Source of the DNA: Podospora anserina
Lineage: Eukaryota
DNA: 64,000 bases
Assembly (NCBI GenBank): GCA_017654855.1
Contig: CM030332.1
Location: 2,852,001-2,916,000 of the forward strand
Reading direction: 5' to 3'
In this document: positions 49,727-62,975 of the stretch, in pieces
Layout: each line of letters begins with the position of its first letter
Position numbering within the stretch: position 1 is the first letter of the stretch
Translations under genes and position numbers: made by a program
The notes under the pieces: generated by a model
What the model saw: only the letters and a program-made list of their open reading frames with translations
The model's database searches: none
Told to the model about the DNA's origin: nothing

Positions 49727-51113
49727 ATGTTGCCTCCCGCCGCCGCAGCCGCCTTGTCCAACAACAACGTTCACCTCGCTGTTCGTCAACACCTCGATCC
49801 CGTTGTCGTCCCCACGCTCGAGAACACCATTGCCGTCGCCATCCCCAATGTCGCAACGTCTCTCGCGGCAGCAGCAGCAGCAGCAGCGGTAGATCCAACA
49901 AATCTACCCCATCCACCACCGTCGTTCAACGACCACCCGCAAGGAGGTCAACAACCCGCGACGGCGGAAGCAGGAACCCTCATCTCCGTCACCATGACTC
50001 CCACCCTCTCCCCAATATCAAGCCCAACCGCAACCGGCACCCCCTTCTCCCCCTCGGAAAATCCCACCGAATGCCGCCTCCTAGGCTCCTTCGCCATCCT
50101 AGTCCAGCTCGCCCTCGGCGGCCTGGCCCTCCTCTCCCTCGTCTACAAACGATGGCGCGAGCGCCCCCAGCGACCGGTCAAAATCTGGTTTTTTGACGCC
50201 TCAAAGCAGGTCTTTGGGAGCGTGCTAGTCCACGGCGCAAACGTGTTCATGTCTCTGCTCACGAGCGGGAGGTTCAACATCACGACCATTGCTCCCCCGG
50301 CAACGGTGTCCGAGGCGGCGAGGAGAGGGGTTTTGATGCTTCTTAAACGGACAGCAACGACGACAACGACGGTAGACGAATATGTACCGAACCCGTGCTC
50401 TTTTTACCTTTTAAACTTGGCTATTGATGTAGGCTCCCCCTACCCTCCCCTTAGATCTTCCCCCAACCAAATACTAACACGGCCAGACAACCCTCGGCAT
50501 CCCAATTTTAATTCTCATCGTCAGAATAACCACCACTTTGGTCACTTACACCCCGCTGGGCCAACCCCCGGAGTCGGTTCAGTCAGGGCACTACGGCTCG
50601 CCCCCCAACGCGTGGTGGTGGTTGAAGCAGTCATTTATTTACTTTTGCGGCTTGATGGGCATGAAACTTGTTGTTCTGGTCATTTTTATGATTTTTCCCT
50701 GGATCTCGGAGCTGGGGGATTGGGCGCTCAAGTGGACCGAGGGCAACGAGAGGCTGCAGATTGTCTTTGTCATGATGCTGTTCCCGCTCATCATGAACGC
50801 GATGCAGTATTACATCATTGATAGCTACATCAAGAAGCAGGAGGGCAAAGGGGAGGTGGAGGGTAAGGGGTATGATGAGGTTGACCAGGAGGAGGGGGTG
50901 GATGGGTCGGTTGCGAGTGAGGATAGTGAGGATAGTGAGAGTGAAGAAGAGGAAGGGCAGAGGACGCCAAGGGCTGGGAAAGGGGCGAGGGACTTGGAGA
51001 GGGACGAGTATGATCCTGATGTGGACGGGGACAGCCAGACGGTGGTGGGGAGCAGCTCGAGTCGGATTTCGAGTCGGGGGGTGTTGACAGAGGATTTGCT
51101 TCCCAAAGAATGA
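49727..51113 (+). CDS. STIMATE/YPL162C (DUF3661)-like vacuolar membrane protein
   Basis: Intron ~50429-50486; CRLLGSFAILVQ, KRWRERPQRPVKIWFFDASKQ, NPCSFYLLNLAIDTTLG, SGHYGSPP, FPLIMNAMQYYIIDSYIK. Confidence 0.85.
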
Positions 51114-51973
51114 TTTTCTTTTTTTTTGCATGACTGAAGAAGGAATGATGGGAAATGGGTTCACGGCATTTTTCTTTCCTTTTTCTGGTGTTTTTTGGCT
51201 TTGGGATTCAGGAGGGGGACGGAATGGCGTTTTATATAAGTTTTTTCCTACAGGTTTCGGATTCGTATACATTTTCATTTTCCTTTTCTCGTCTGCAATC
51301 ATCAAGTTGGAATATCTCTCTCCACAGACCCCTCAAACCAACAGCACAGCATGGGAAAGCGTACGCATGGGCTTTTTCGGTATTTTAGAACACAAAGGTA
51401 TTTTCGGCAATAAACAACAGAAACAGATCATCGTCCGGTGTTTGGAAGTTCTCATCTAAGTAGGGTAATCTTCGCCGTCATCTGTGTTAGCAACACGCAA
51501 ATTTGACACCTCACAACCGGGCAAAACTATCCAATGTACAGTGCTTTCTCTCTCTCTCTCTTTCAACTCGATTACATCCATTAGTAAAAGCTCAACACAA
51601 CAAAAGACAACTCTGCCAAAAATACACTAGAATCTTGCCAAAAGACCCAACCGACCCACCACATATTACCTTGCCTGTATCATCCACGCCTTCCAAGCTC
51701 CAACCACAAAAACATCCCAACAAGAAAAGAAAAACCCAAGCCTCCAAAGCAAGAGCCAACTTGTCGAGAGTGAGTGACACCAATCCAGCAAACCAAAGGC
51801 TGCCCTCCCCTCCATAGTAATCAAACCCAAAGCCAGAGCACCAAAACAACACCAAAAAACACCAAAACCTTACCCTCCCTTTTTTGCCTTTACCTCCCTT
51901 CGCAACAATGCACACCAGAAACGAGACCATAATATCAGACAGTCCCTTCCCCGTACCCCTTTCCCTCCACAGC

Positions 51974-54084
51974 CTACAACAAATCAAAACCCACCTCCTC
52001 CTCCCCCCAAACAGGCAGCTCATCCTCACTCTGCGGCAATTTAACGCTAAAACTCCTCACCCCCAACCTCAAGCCCTCCACATCCAAAACTCCATACTCC
52101 CTCCCCCCCGACCCCAAAACAACAACCACCAGCTCCTCCCTCAAAAACTTTACCACTTCCCCTTGGCTCAACCCCTCCAATCTCCCCCTTTCAACAGCCC
52201 CAATCAAGCCCGTAGTCAACGGCACCGTCCCACTAACCTCCAACTCCTTCATCGCCTCCCTCATGCCTCCCATCCCGGCCCCGTCGGCAGCAAACACCCC
52301 CATGGCACCAACATGATTCTCTGCCTGCGCCCAGTCCGCCTTGTCCTCCGGTGGGGTCCCAAAGAAGAAATAAATGGAATACGGCCCATCCAATGCTTGC
52401 TTCTTGGCTCGGATATTCACAATCCACTCTCGGTAGCTGTCATCTTGGAGTCCTCCAACTTCCCTACCAGCAGGCCGATGCTTTGATGATGACTGCTGTC
52501 CTATTCTCGAAGACGCCCCCTTCGCCCGGCCACCCTTGATGCCTTGGGCTCGAAGCTCCCTCAGAAACATGTTGGCTGGACTTGACGCCCCGTACAAACG
52601 GTTAATAGCCCGTCGTACACCAGCTTGGGCATTACTCGCACCCGCAAGGTCCGTCAGCTCAGTGTAAGTGTACCCGAATTTGGTGAAGTCCCTGACGCTA
52701 TCCGACGTCCAGAACCCCCCATTGGCATCAGCAAAGAACGGGGTGAGCGGTGTCTGTGAGTCTTGAATCTGGCCTCGAGAGGTCGTGTATGAATTCAGAA
52801 CCGCTGCGGTAGGCGTCACCCATGATTGCGGGTACAATGTCTGCCACATGGCAAAGATACGGTCCACCATGGTGTGGTGTAGAAAGAAGATAGGGTCAAA
52901 GGCCGAGTAAGGTATGAACGACATGTGGCCGCCCTGGATATTTGGCATACCCATACCACCACCGCCAGCAAGAGTATGGACCGTGTCATGGAGAGACTCG
53001 AGGGAATCATACGAGGCGTTATTGACAAAAGGGATCCAGGCATTGTTGCTGAACCTGCTGTAGTTACCATAGTTCGAGAACAAAATGTAGAGCCGTTGGC
53101 TGAGTGACCGTTGGTTCTGATCGATCGTCATGGCCACCATGGAGTTGTTCGACTGGGCTCCGGGACCCCAATTAGTTGGACCCCTCAGGGTCTCAGTCCA
53201 GGTATTCCACTATTACAACATTGTTAGCATCCAAGACATGCTTGCCAGTATCAAAGCTTACCGGTGCCTGTCTGAAAGCAGTAGTATTCAGAGGCCGAAA
53301 CGTGTAACTGAACAGAGGGTTTGCTATCCGCTGAACGCCATTCGGACCATCTACATCGACAAAGGGACTCCCACCCACGCTCGTGGGGAGCACACTTCCG
53401 TCAGAGGGCGGGTAGGTAGCCCAATCCCAATAAGGTATTCGAAACCGCTGGATAGCGTCGAGATAGCGCTGCTTCTGATCATCGGGCCACCAATTTGCAA
53501 TCATCCGCATAACATTTGTCAAGACTTGCTGTCAACCATTATCAGCCAAAGAGCTCCAACCACCAGAAAAAGAAAACAATTCTGCCGAGAGGCTTCCAAC
53601 CACATACCTCGTACAAAGCCAGATAAGGCCGGTGCCAAGTAGGGAACAATATCGAAGAGTGCGTACAATACCCAGTCTCCTCATTCCCAGGCGTCGGTCG
53701 CACACCACCCCATGTCTGGTGCGGCATTCCATGGATACCTGTCCAACACAAAAGACACAGACAGTTAGACAAAAACCACCACTCTCCTGTAACAGAAAGC
53801 AAAGGAATTTCGGGGATGGGCAGACAGAAGAAAAAACACAAACCTGTAATCCCATACCACGACGTAGGCTCCGTCTGATCCGTAAACTGCATCATGCTCA
53901 TCCCCAGCAGGTACAACGTCCACACGTCCCTGTCCTGCTCCAGCTCCCTAATCTCCCTCCGCACTTGTACGTCCCCCGCCTGCTGGCCAGCATCCCCCCT
54001 CACCACCGTCGTCAGAGGTTCCGCAAGCTGCCGCTTCACCCGCCTGTGGACGTCGAACCCATAGTTGTAGGCTGTGGGTCTTGG

Positions 54085-54116
<32 letters not shown>

Positions 54117-54183
54117 GGTGGCCGAGGCAGAAAGTGACGAGGTTGGCGAGGATGAAGAGCCGAAGGACAATGACGGAGGCCAT
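51974..54183 (-). CDS. Secreted tyrosinase / type-3 dicopper oxidase with C-terminal shielding domain
   Basis: Signal peptide; CuA GIHGMP, GYCTHSSILFPTWHRPY; RIPYWDWA; CuB LESLHDTVH, SAFDPIFFLHHTMVDR; FGYTY; three introns; alternative ATG at 54195. Confidence 0.92.
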
Positions 54184-55168
54184 TGCTAACTTCATCTGAG
54201 TGAGAGAGAGCAACCCCCTGGGTAGGTGTCGAACGTTGGACACAGAGGAGCGGGTGACAACCCCGGCTAGAGGCAGTCTAGGGTCTCAATAGGTAGGCTT
54301 GGGTTGGGGGTTTGGGGGGTGACACAGGTATCGTGGGAAGGGGAGACGAGGGGGTCTGTAGGGGATGGGAACCCAGGATAAATGAGGTGATGGGTTTGGG
54401 CGGCCAGAGAGACAGAGCAGGTAGGTGAAGACGAGATAAAGTCACTGGAAATGAACGTGAATGGCCCGAGGCGGCACTCGGATGGGTTTGAGGAGGAAGG
54501 AAGAACTGTTTGTTGACAGAATGAAGAGTTCAGCTGGTAAACAGCAGGCCCAGGAACTGGGGAGTGAGTTTGACCAGCTGCGGATCCTTGTGGTACATCC
54601 ATGGGCTATCACAGGGAAGCGACGTTCGGCATTAGGTCAGAATTGTGGACTCGAAGGTGAGACTGGCGAGACGGGCTGTCCCAGGTGGGTTGAGAGAGCA
54701 TTGCACCTTCCTCGTTGGATCTTCTCAGGAAAGGGGAGTTGCGTTGGAGGCTACTGACGGATACAAACGGTCCGTCCAGGGGGTAGGAGCATGCTAGAGG
54801 CACCAATGAGTGCTAGGAGAGGCAGCGCCGTGGGTGTCTGCATTATTTTAACAGTGTTTGTGCTGCAAAACTCGGTTTCGTGCAGCGGCAAATGTCATCT
54901 CATTTGTGTTGCCTTGCCTTGCCTTGCGTTGCGCAATCCCGGGGTTGGCCACATGTGATGCTGCTTCGCTGCTCCTCATCCAGGGGAACATGTCATTTGA
55001 CACTTCCAGCACCATGGTATCTGGATGGACACAGAAGAGAAATTGGTGACATGTGAATAAATAAATCGTTGACCCATTTTTGACCACCTTGTCTACGCCC
55101 CAAACCCAGACAAATTACAACTAAATCAGTACAAAACATCAACGTTCAGCCCTGAGATATCCTTCTCA

Positions 55169-58100
55169 TTAAGCCGCAGCCACACCACTCGGAAGCAGCT
55201 TGGGCGCTGTTGGTCTCAGGGCACTTCTCCGTGTCTGATCTTTGCTGTCCACGTTATACTTGAGCTTGACGCCCATCGCCGCAAGCTCGACATCCAGGTA
55301 CTTGAGCGCACCAGGGACCACCACCATGGTGGTGTTCTCTCCACCAATCCACTGGACGCCTTGCCCGTCCTCCCAAATCTCGCCATCCAGCTTCATGAGG
55401 TCCAGGTCCTCGATCTGGTCCAGACGCTGCGCGCAATTTCGGCAGCGCACAGTGCCGACTTGCTTTCGCTTTCCAATAAACGGAGATACCGTCGGCTGCA
55501 CGGCCAGGAATGACCCGCAGTCTCGGCAGATCCACGACTTGGAATAATCGGAGCAGTTGAGCAGGCGATCCTGGAGCAAGAAGGCCGTGCCGTGCGCCAA
55601 CAGAGCATCGCGCTCCATTTCTCCCACACGGATACCACCACCCTTCTTACGGCCCTTGATCGGCTGTCCGGTTGTCGGCACGACTGGACCAGTCGTACGG
55701 ACCTGGTACTTGTCGTTTACCATGTGTCTCAGTCTCTGGTAGTAGACAACACCAATGTAAATGTCGCACATGAACTCCTCGCCCGTGATGCCGGAATACA
55801 TGGGCTCGTTTCCGTGGTAGTTGTAGCCAGCCTTCATCAGCTGATGCCCAAAGTAGTCGGCCGCCATGTTCTCCTCGCTGAACTTGAACGGCGTCGAGTC
55901 CTGAGCAAGACCATGTAGCGCGCCTGCCTTGCCTGCAAGAGACTCGACAAACATGCCAATTGTCATGCGGGACGGGAAAGCGTGAGGGTTGATGATGACA
56001 TCAGGCTGGATGCCCGTCTCCGAAAAGGGCATGTCGACAGCAGGCCACTTCTGCGAGCAAACGCCCTTCTGACCGTGACGAGAAGAGAACTTGTCGCCGA
56101 TGACCGGAGATCTGGGAACGCGAAGCTTGATCGAGAGAGTCTGGAGAGGCTCGTTTCCAGTGTCGCTGCCAATCACGCGAACCTCCTCAATGAAGGCATC
56201 TTCGGCCTCCTTGTATCGCTCCCAATGCGTGATACCATCCCGGTTCACCAGCTTACCCGAGTAGTCGGCCGAAACGGTGTGCCAGGCGGCGATGATATCG
56301 CCTTCCCTGACCAGCCGGCCAACATAGGGCAGTCCGTCCTCGTCGAGCATCTCCCGATCAGACGCCCGGATGGGGCTTCCCGGAGCAAACCCAAACATTT
56401 TGGTGGTGGTCTTGGAGCTGCGTGTCCTCGAGTCATCCTTCAGACTGATCTTCTTGGTCTTGTAGATGCTACCGTGGCCAAAACCACGTTCGTGCGCTGA
56501 TTTGTTGATAATCATGGCGTCGTCCATGTCGTAACCGGTATAGGAAATGACGGCAACCACGGCGTTGAATCCGTTGGGGAAGTTGTCGAAACCATATGTG
56601 TTGTGCAGTGGTGATCGGACGACTGGTGTTTGACCGGTTTGAATGCGGTACATTTTGTTGTCCGTCCGATGCGCGAGTGCTGCGCCTGGTGTGCCCATAG
56701 TTTGCTTACCCATTTGACATTGGTACATGTTACGGGGAGACTGGTTAAAATCCGAGAATGGTGTCATGTTGGCCAGAATGGACAGGATGTTGGTCGGATC
56801 AAACTCGACGTGAGTCGAATCGCCAGGAACAATTTCTTGTTCTACGCAAGCAATCGACATGTAAGGCTGCTCGTAAGGACCTACCATATCCTCCTTGTTC
56901 AGAGCGAGGTACTTCACGGGTCGGACCATCCTCGAGGTGTTGGATGCCATGTAGATACCTGGGTACGAGCCGCCATTGGAGGTGGGGACATAACCAATCT
57001 CAAGCTCAAGGGGAATCCCATGGCCACCCTCGACCTTCAGCTGTCGCAAGGTGTCGGCGAGAGGCTTGGCGTTCTGCGGAGCACACCAGCCTACAACCTT
57101 GCCGTCAAGCATCACTACCACGCTTTCAGTAGTGGCGGCTGAGGAATAGTTGTTGACTCCAAGCTCCAGCAGCACCCCAGGGACGGCCGAGACATCAGCG
57201 GCTTTCGTGGTGATTTTGCACTTGTGAGCAAAGTGATTTAACAACCCACAGGGCGAACCATCAGGAGTGTGGACGGGACAGAGGAAGCCCCAGGACTCTG
57301 GCAGCAGCTTACGGACCGTGGTGGTCTTGAGCTGCGCGAAGAAACTACCACGATGGACCATGCGGAAGTGACTGATGAAACGAAGGAAGTTGAGCTTTTC
57401 CGCCACAACGGTAAAACCAGACACCTGCTGAAGATCAAGACCGGAAGGACTCTGCAGATTGCCCGTCGAAAGGAAATACTCCAAAGCGTTACCGATGTTC
57501 TCGTTCGTCTTGCGGAAGATGTGCCCTGGGAACTGCTTTCTGAAACTCTCAGAGACAAACGAGTCGGTTGGGTTGCGCCTCAGATGGTCGCGCAGTGCTC
57601 CCCTCAACGCAGTCGACAGCAGGTCCTCAAGTCGCTCCTTTAAGATCATGCCGTATAGGAAACCGCCGAGCAAGATTTCTTGGTTCTGGACAGCGTCAGG
57701 ATTGTCAACGGCACAATCGCCGGCGACAAGGGCATAGAGCTTTCGGCACATGAACAAGAGCATTTTGAACTTGTCCGTGTCCTGCTCCTCTGTGACATCG
57801 TTGCAGCCAAGGTGAACAAGAACCACCTTCCGTAGGAACTCGGTGCCGACCTCGTAATCAGTCATGGTGTCCGGCACGCCGAGCACGACCCGAAACTTTT
57901 GGCCGAGATAGGCTCGCGTTTGCTTCTTGGTGTATAGATTGTAGGTCTTGTACGTGCGTAGGAGAAGCTCGACACGATCCGTCAAGAAAGTGTTCTCCAC
58001 CCCCTTGGAGGTGGGTGGGCCAACCAAGGACTCGAAGATCTCGCGATCGTTGGTCTCGACGAGTGCCTTCAAGATCATCATGACTGGCACAAGATACTCA

Positions 58101-58942
58101 TTCTTCCTCCAAGAGAATCTGAATGTGACATTGCCGTCGTTGAGGTAATGGAGCACATTGGTCTGTGAGGTTTCGTCTGGCCGGACCGATCGTACTATGA
58201 TACCATGCGGTGTGTAGGAAGGACCTCGGTTCGTGAAACTAGGACGGGTGATGGCAAGAGGGAAGTTCCTCTTGTTCATGAGCAGCAGACGGATAATCTT
58301 CTCGATACCGTTGATGACGAAATAGCCGCCCAATTCTTCCGACTCCTCTTTCCTCTCCACGAGCTGCGCGGGGCTGTTGTTTTCCAAGTGACACTTGTTG
58401 GACTGTACATTGGCAGCATTCGTTAGACAAAGCCTAGAATCCCAAGCCGTAAGAGGGGGAAATCAGCCTACCTTGACCATGATGGGCATTTGCCCCAGCT
58501 CACGGACAAACTCGTGGGCGTCGCCATTGTTGATACGGTACTCGAGAACGGCTGTGAGTTTGCCTCGGTAAGAGACATGCCGCTCTCTGCACTCGGCCGG
58601 AAAGATCTCTCGTCTCTTTGCGAACTTGTTGGACTGTGCAACCTGAGCTTTTTGGAGAGTGACACTCTTGTAGCGAACCGTCAACTTGTTTCTGCTCGCG
58701 GGATCGGCCCTTTCGTCACCATCGAGGAACGTCTTAGTCCCTATCTCGGCGATGGCGTGGTCGAGCAAACTTGGCTTGCCATCGTTGCGGAAGAGAGCGT
58801 TAAAAGCCTCGATGTGTGGGTTGACAGCCTCTTGAAGTGCTGGGTATGCGGTCTGGTCGGTAGGAGGGTTACGAAACAACTTCTCTCGGCGAAGTGTGTG
58901 GTACCCGTGCTCCCAGGTTGTGTTGGTCCGTTCGGGGGCCAT
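55169..58942 (-). CDS. RPA135: RNA polymerase I second-largest subunit
   Basis: One intron (~58471-58403); ECRERHVSYRGK, GGYFVINGIEK, YTGYDMDDAM, GDKFSSRHGQKG, HAFPSRMTIG, GGIRVGEMERD. Confidence 0.97.
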
Positions 58943-59204
58943 TTTGGTTGCTATCGCGACACACTCCTGTGTCGGAATTCGAGATTATGTATGTTGGGGG
59001 GTCACCAATGGAGGAATTGGCAACAATCCTCGTCCGGGCTGGCACCGGGCTGTTTAAGCGCTCATACTACAGTGTGCAGTTTTCGGGGTGCGTGGTTGAG
59101 TGGTGGGTGGTGAGCGGTGGCTTGATTTGTCTGGGGAATGGATTCGCGCCTGCGCTTGGTGGTGAGCGTTGCACTGCAAGTGAACTTTTTTTCTGCCCGC
59201 CCCT

Positions 59205-59219
59205 CTTATCGCTTATCGG
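59205..59219 (-). promoter_or_regulatory. Tandem CGATAAG motif upstream of RPA135
   Basis: cttatcg cttatcgg, ~265 bp upstream of the ATG, next to a TGAACTTTTTTT tract. Confidence 0.5.
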
Positions 59220-59716
59220 ACGAACACCGCCAAGCAATGCAATGCAACAGGGTTATCCGTAGTCCTGTGGAAGCTACAAGTGGGGCAAGTACCACGAGCG
59301 GACTTCAGCACTTCTTTGGTATCTATCATGATAATGATAACCTCGAATTTTTGTTTGCTTCCCTTTTTTCGTCTCGAAGCTAAGTTTGGCCCCAGGTGAA
59401 CAACAGCCTTGAACGAGATTTTATTTCTATGGCTCGACCTTCAAGTCCAGCGTGACCACACTTCAAGGCCCGCGCATATAGTTCCACAGATAGACTGGCC
59501 ACATCATCTAAGCCTGGAAGCTTTCCACGGCTTGGATGCCTTCCACATGAACAGTCATGATGAAGCAAACTCTAAGCTAAATTCGTCAAGTGAACCCTAA
59601 AAGGTAAAGACTGATACTTAAACGATGGGCGCATCAATTTCTCCAGACCGGTTCCCTGGTCCCTCGCCAACCCTCGCCATCAACAACACCACTCACGAGA
59701 AAACTTCCGCGACAGC

Positions 59717-61302
59717 ATGGAGACAAAACGGACTGGCTGGTGGTCCTGCCCCCAGGAAATTCAGGACATGATCCTCGACGAGGTTACCAGGGACAGAAAC
59801 AGCTCCATCGCTCATTGTGCCGCTGTTTGTAGGAGCTGGCAACAAGTCATCGAGAAGAAAACTTTCGCCCGACTGACAGTTACATTGAAGAGATTGGGCG
59901 ACTTCAGTAGCATGACCAAAAAGCGACGGCATCTTATCAAAAACGTCTGGCTTTCCATTGACTGCGCAGCAGTTGGCCGGCCTACAGACTTTGCGCTCTA
60001 CAAGACTATCAGCTCCCTGCTCCTGGAGCTTAGCAAATGGGAAGCTCGTGGGGAGTTTCACCTCGAGATCAGTGTTCGCTGGGCAGCAGACTCGCACCAG
60101 TGCTTTCAGTATCTCCAGACTGGCTCGGATATCCACCATAGGGAAGAGCCGGACCGTACAATTTCTCCCGCCGATCACAGCGAACCAACTCGACGTCTTC
60201 ATTCTCACTGTTTAATGCATCTATTTGCGCGGCTATATCATGCTTCGACCCGTTGTCTCTTTCCCGCAGACTTCCCTTCAGTACCAGCTGTCACTAGCCT
60301 CCTAGTGCGTCGGCAGACGAAATGCGAATGGATTAGCAGGGAAGGCTTCAATCGCCTTCTTGATCTGCTTCCTAATCTGCGGCAGATTCACTATGAGCCT
60401 TGGAGATCCCTGGAAGGCAGGAATTCAGTTCGCAAGACTCGCATCACAGTAGAAGGTAGGTAAATTTGACTCTTACATCTACACATCCATACTGATTCGA
60501 TGGCCTATTATCCATCACAGGACTGCACAGAGCTATCTTCAGCCACAATATAGCCAAAGTCGTGGTTTTCGGTGACTTCAACGAAGACTTCGATGAGTGC
60601 TGGCGTGCGGATAGGCGATGGCACCGCGTACCTATATCGTCAAGTCGGACAAACCCTCGCATGGCATCACCAGAGATCGGACAGGCTTTTGCCCAAATCT
60701 CTCGCCCCCTCGTCCATCTTTCATTGTCATTTGCAGCAGATGCAAGTGACTTCTTCGAAACCTGTCAGCGCAGCTGGGTTTGGACGAGGCTGACCTCTCT
60801 TGCGCTCACATCCAATCTCTTGGCCCCAAAAAAGGACCCCAAGATAGTCAACGACATGCTTGAGAAGGCCGGCATCGTGGCGCTACAAATGCCAAAACTA
60901 GACGTCATGGAGCTGTGGAACGGCAGAAGGGGTCTCGCTTGTGTCTTCCGGTATCAAGCCTCTAGGGATCGCGCAGGCCACAACGCAAAAATCACATGGC
61001 GAAGCACCTGGCCTCTGTAGTTGGAACCCCGTGTGTGTAAGGCCTGGGCGGCAGTGGCAGTCAAACGTGACAAGCGGGAGGGAGAGTTCGACGTCGTCAA
61101 AGACCCGGAGATCCTGAATTTTGGGGAGGACGAGATCAGGTCACACGGGGATGCGATCCATCATTTGCAGCTTGTGAGCGAGGTGATCCGCCCGGTGTCG
61201 TTGTGGCAGATCAGGTATGAGTCGCGGTTTTTGATCGACGGGGCCAGTATTGGAAGAGAAGCTCCGTGTTGTTTGTTAAACTTGCCTGGGCGAATGGTTT
61301 GA
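59717..61302 (+). CDS. F-box-like / DUF6546-type protein interrupted by one in-frame TAG at 61018-61020 (editing-dependent gene or young pseudogene)
   Basis: F-box-like N-terminus (PQEIQDMIL...AAVCRSWQQVIE); intron 60456-60520 joins the frames; W.RLTSLALTS, MPKLDVMELWNG, ITWRSTW before the stop and SHGDAIHHL..VIRPVSLWQI after it, all in one frame. Confidence 0.75.
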
Positions 61303-62975
61303 TTATATTGGCTGCCTGCCTGTATCGAGTGGATGACAAGTCCTAAAACGAGTCTTTCGGGTGCGGTGCCGAGGTCTTGGGGATAGAAAGATGTTCACTC
61401 AGTTTGATAATCCTTACTTTCTGGCAGAATAGCACAGATACTTCCAAACCGTATATCATGTATTAGTTTGCATCGGTGGTGTAGCGTTGCAATTTGCTGC
61501 CGCCATGACCCCCAATCATGGGAAGTTGACCTACCCCCTGTGAGATTGTAACCTCTTGAACAGACTGAACTGTGTATTTGGTGCTGCTTGCATCCTATCC
61601 CAACTTCACACCAGAAAGCCTCTGTGTTGCTCTTGGAAAGAACCCATGCCAAATATGCAGACACGGGACCTGCACTTACGCAGACTGAGTGGCATACGGC
61701 ACACACAGTGAGAAGTCACCGTAACGTTCCTACCGTTGGCGCATGAGGTAGACCACCTGCAACCTGAAATATCTACCTAGGTAGCAATCAACACCCAGCT
61801 TGAGATGTAGAGGTGTCAACATGTATCATTTCTTTCAAGATCCACCAAATGCCGGCCTCTGCAGCTGTCAAAGAGCACGAAGGCTCGTACAAACATACCC
61901 CTGTCATGATGTAAGTGGTGTTAGAACGCCATCCCGTCTGCAGCGTCCCAGAGATCCCTCTCAATCGCACAGCGCCATTTTTCGTTCCAAGTAAGATGTC
62001 TAGATATCAGGTGCCTCGGAGGTAATTAAGGTTTGAGTTTGGAAGGCAACTGCATAAGGTACCCCCATTACGATCGCGGGGCAGTCACAGCCAGCCTGAC
62101 TACCAATACCTACCCTCACTGCCCTGATCAGATTTGATGGTTTTCTCCTTGCACCAAACCTTTCACCTATCCTCCCATCTTTTTTGAACTCATCCTCGAC
62201 GATACCACGTTTGGATGTGTGGTTTTTTATTAGCACACTGCATCCCATACCCTTGACAGCACCCCCCTGCTGCACTCTGCCGGCCGTGTGCCCTTTCTTT
62301 CTGCCCCCCCGCGCAACCGCTCGCTGCCGCCGCTTGGCCCCCCCAGGCTTTTGAGGTGAGGGCTCAGCGCAGCGCAGCACTGACACCTCCTGCAACCCGG
62401 TCGATCTGAGCCGCCGCTTTTGCCCATTGATCACAGACGATCGTCTCGTCCTGCCGACGTCTTTTCTCTGCCTCTTGTCCTCGTCGTCCAGCTGCTGCTG
62501 CCGCCGCTCCGCCCCCAGACGGCGTAAACGAATGAAACCTTGATCATAGCCGCTGTCTTGTTCGACATTGCCAGGGCACCATCATCAAGTCTTCACACGC
62601 ACAAAAGGCACGGACCACAGCTTGAGGTGACTGCACTACCGTTACCCATATTTGGTGTTCCCCGGTGCCATCTCTTCCAGTGCCTTGTGTTGGCCGACCT
62701 GATCGCTCACCCGCACCCCGCGTCTGGCTTCTCACCGATCACAAAAAGGAATTCATTCTGTTTCCCATCTGCTGCGAAATTGCAACAACTCTTCGGACTC
62801 AGGTCATACGAGACATATTATCTTCTTAATTTTGCGCCGCCAGGGCCATCTCTGGGCCCAGCAGCTCACTTAAAACAAGCTCACCAACGACCTCGAGCCC
62901 TCTCTTTATCATCTACACAACAGCCCGGCCCACCTACCAGTTTTCACTTAAACATCGCGGCGTCGTTGACGAATC

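Noticed and set aside
51470-51975. Splice-like signals and a TAG stop with a short in-frame tail after the tyrosinase
   Set aside because: No coherent coding extension; cannot be supported without transcripts
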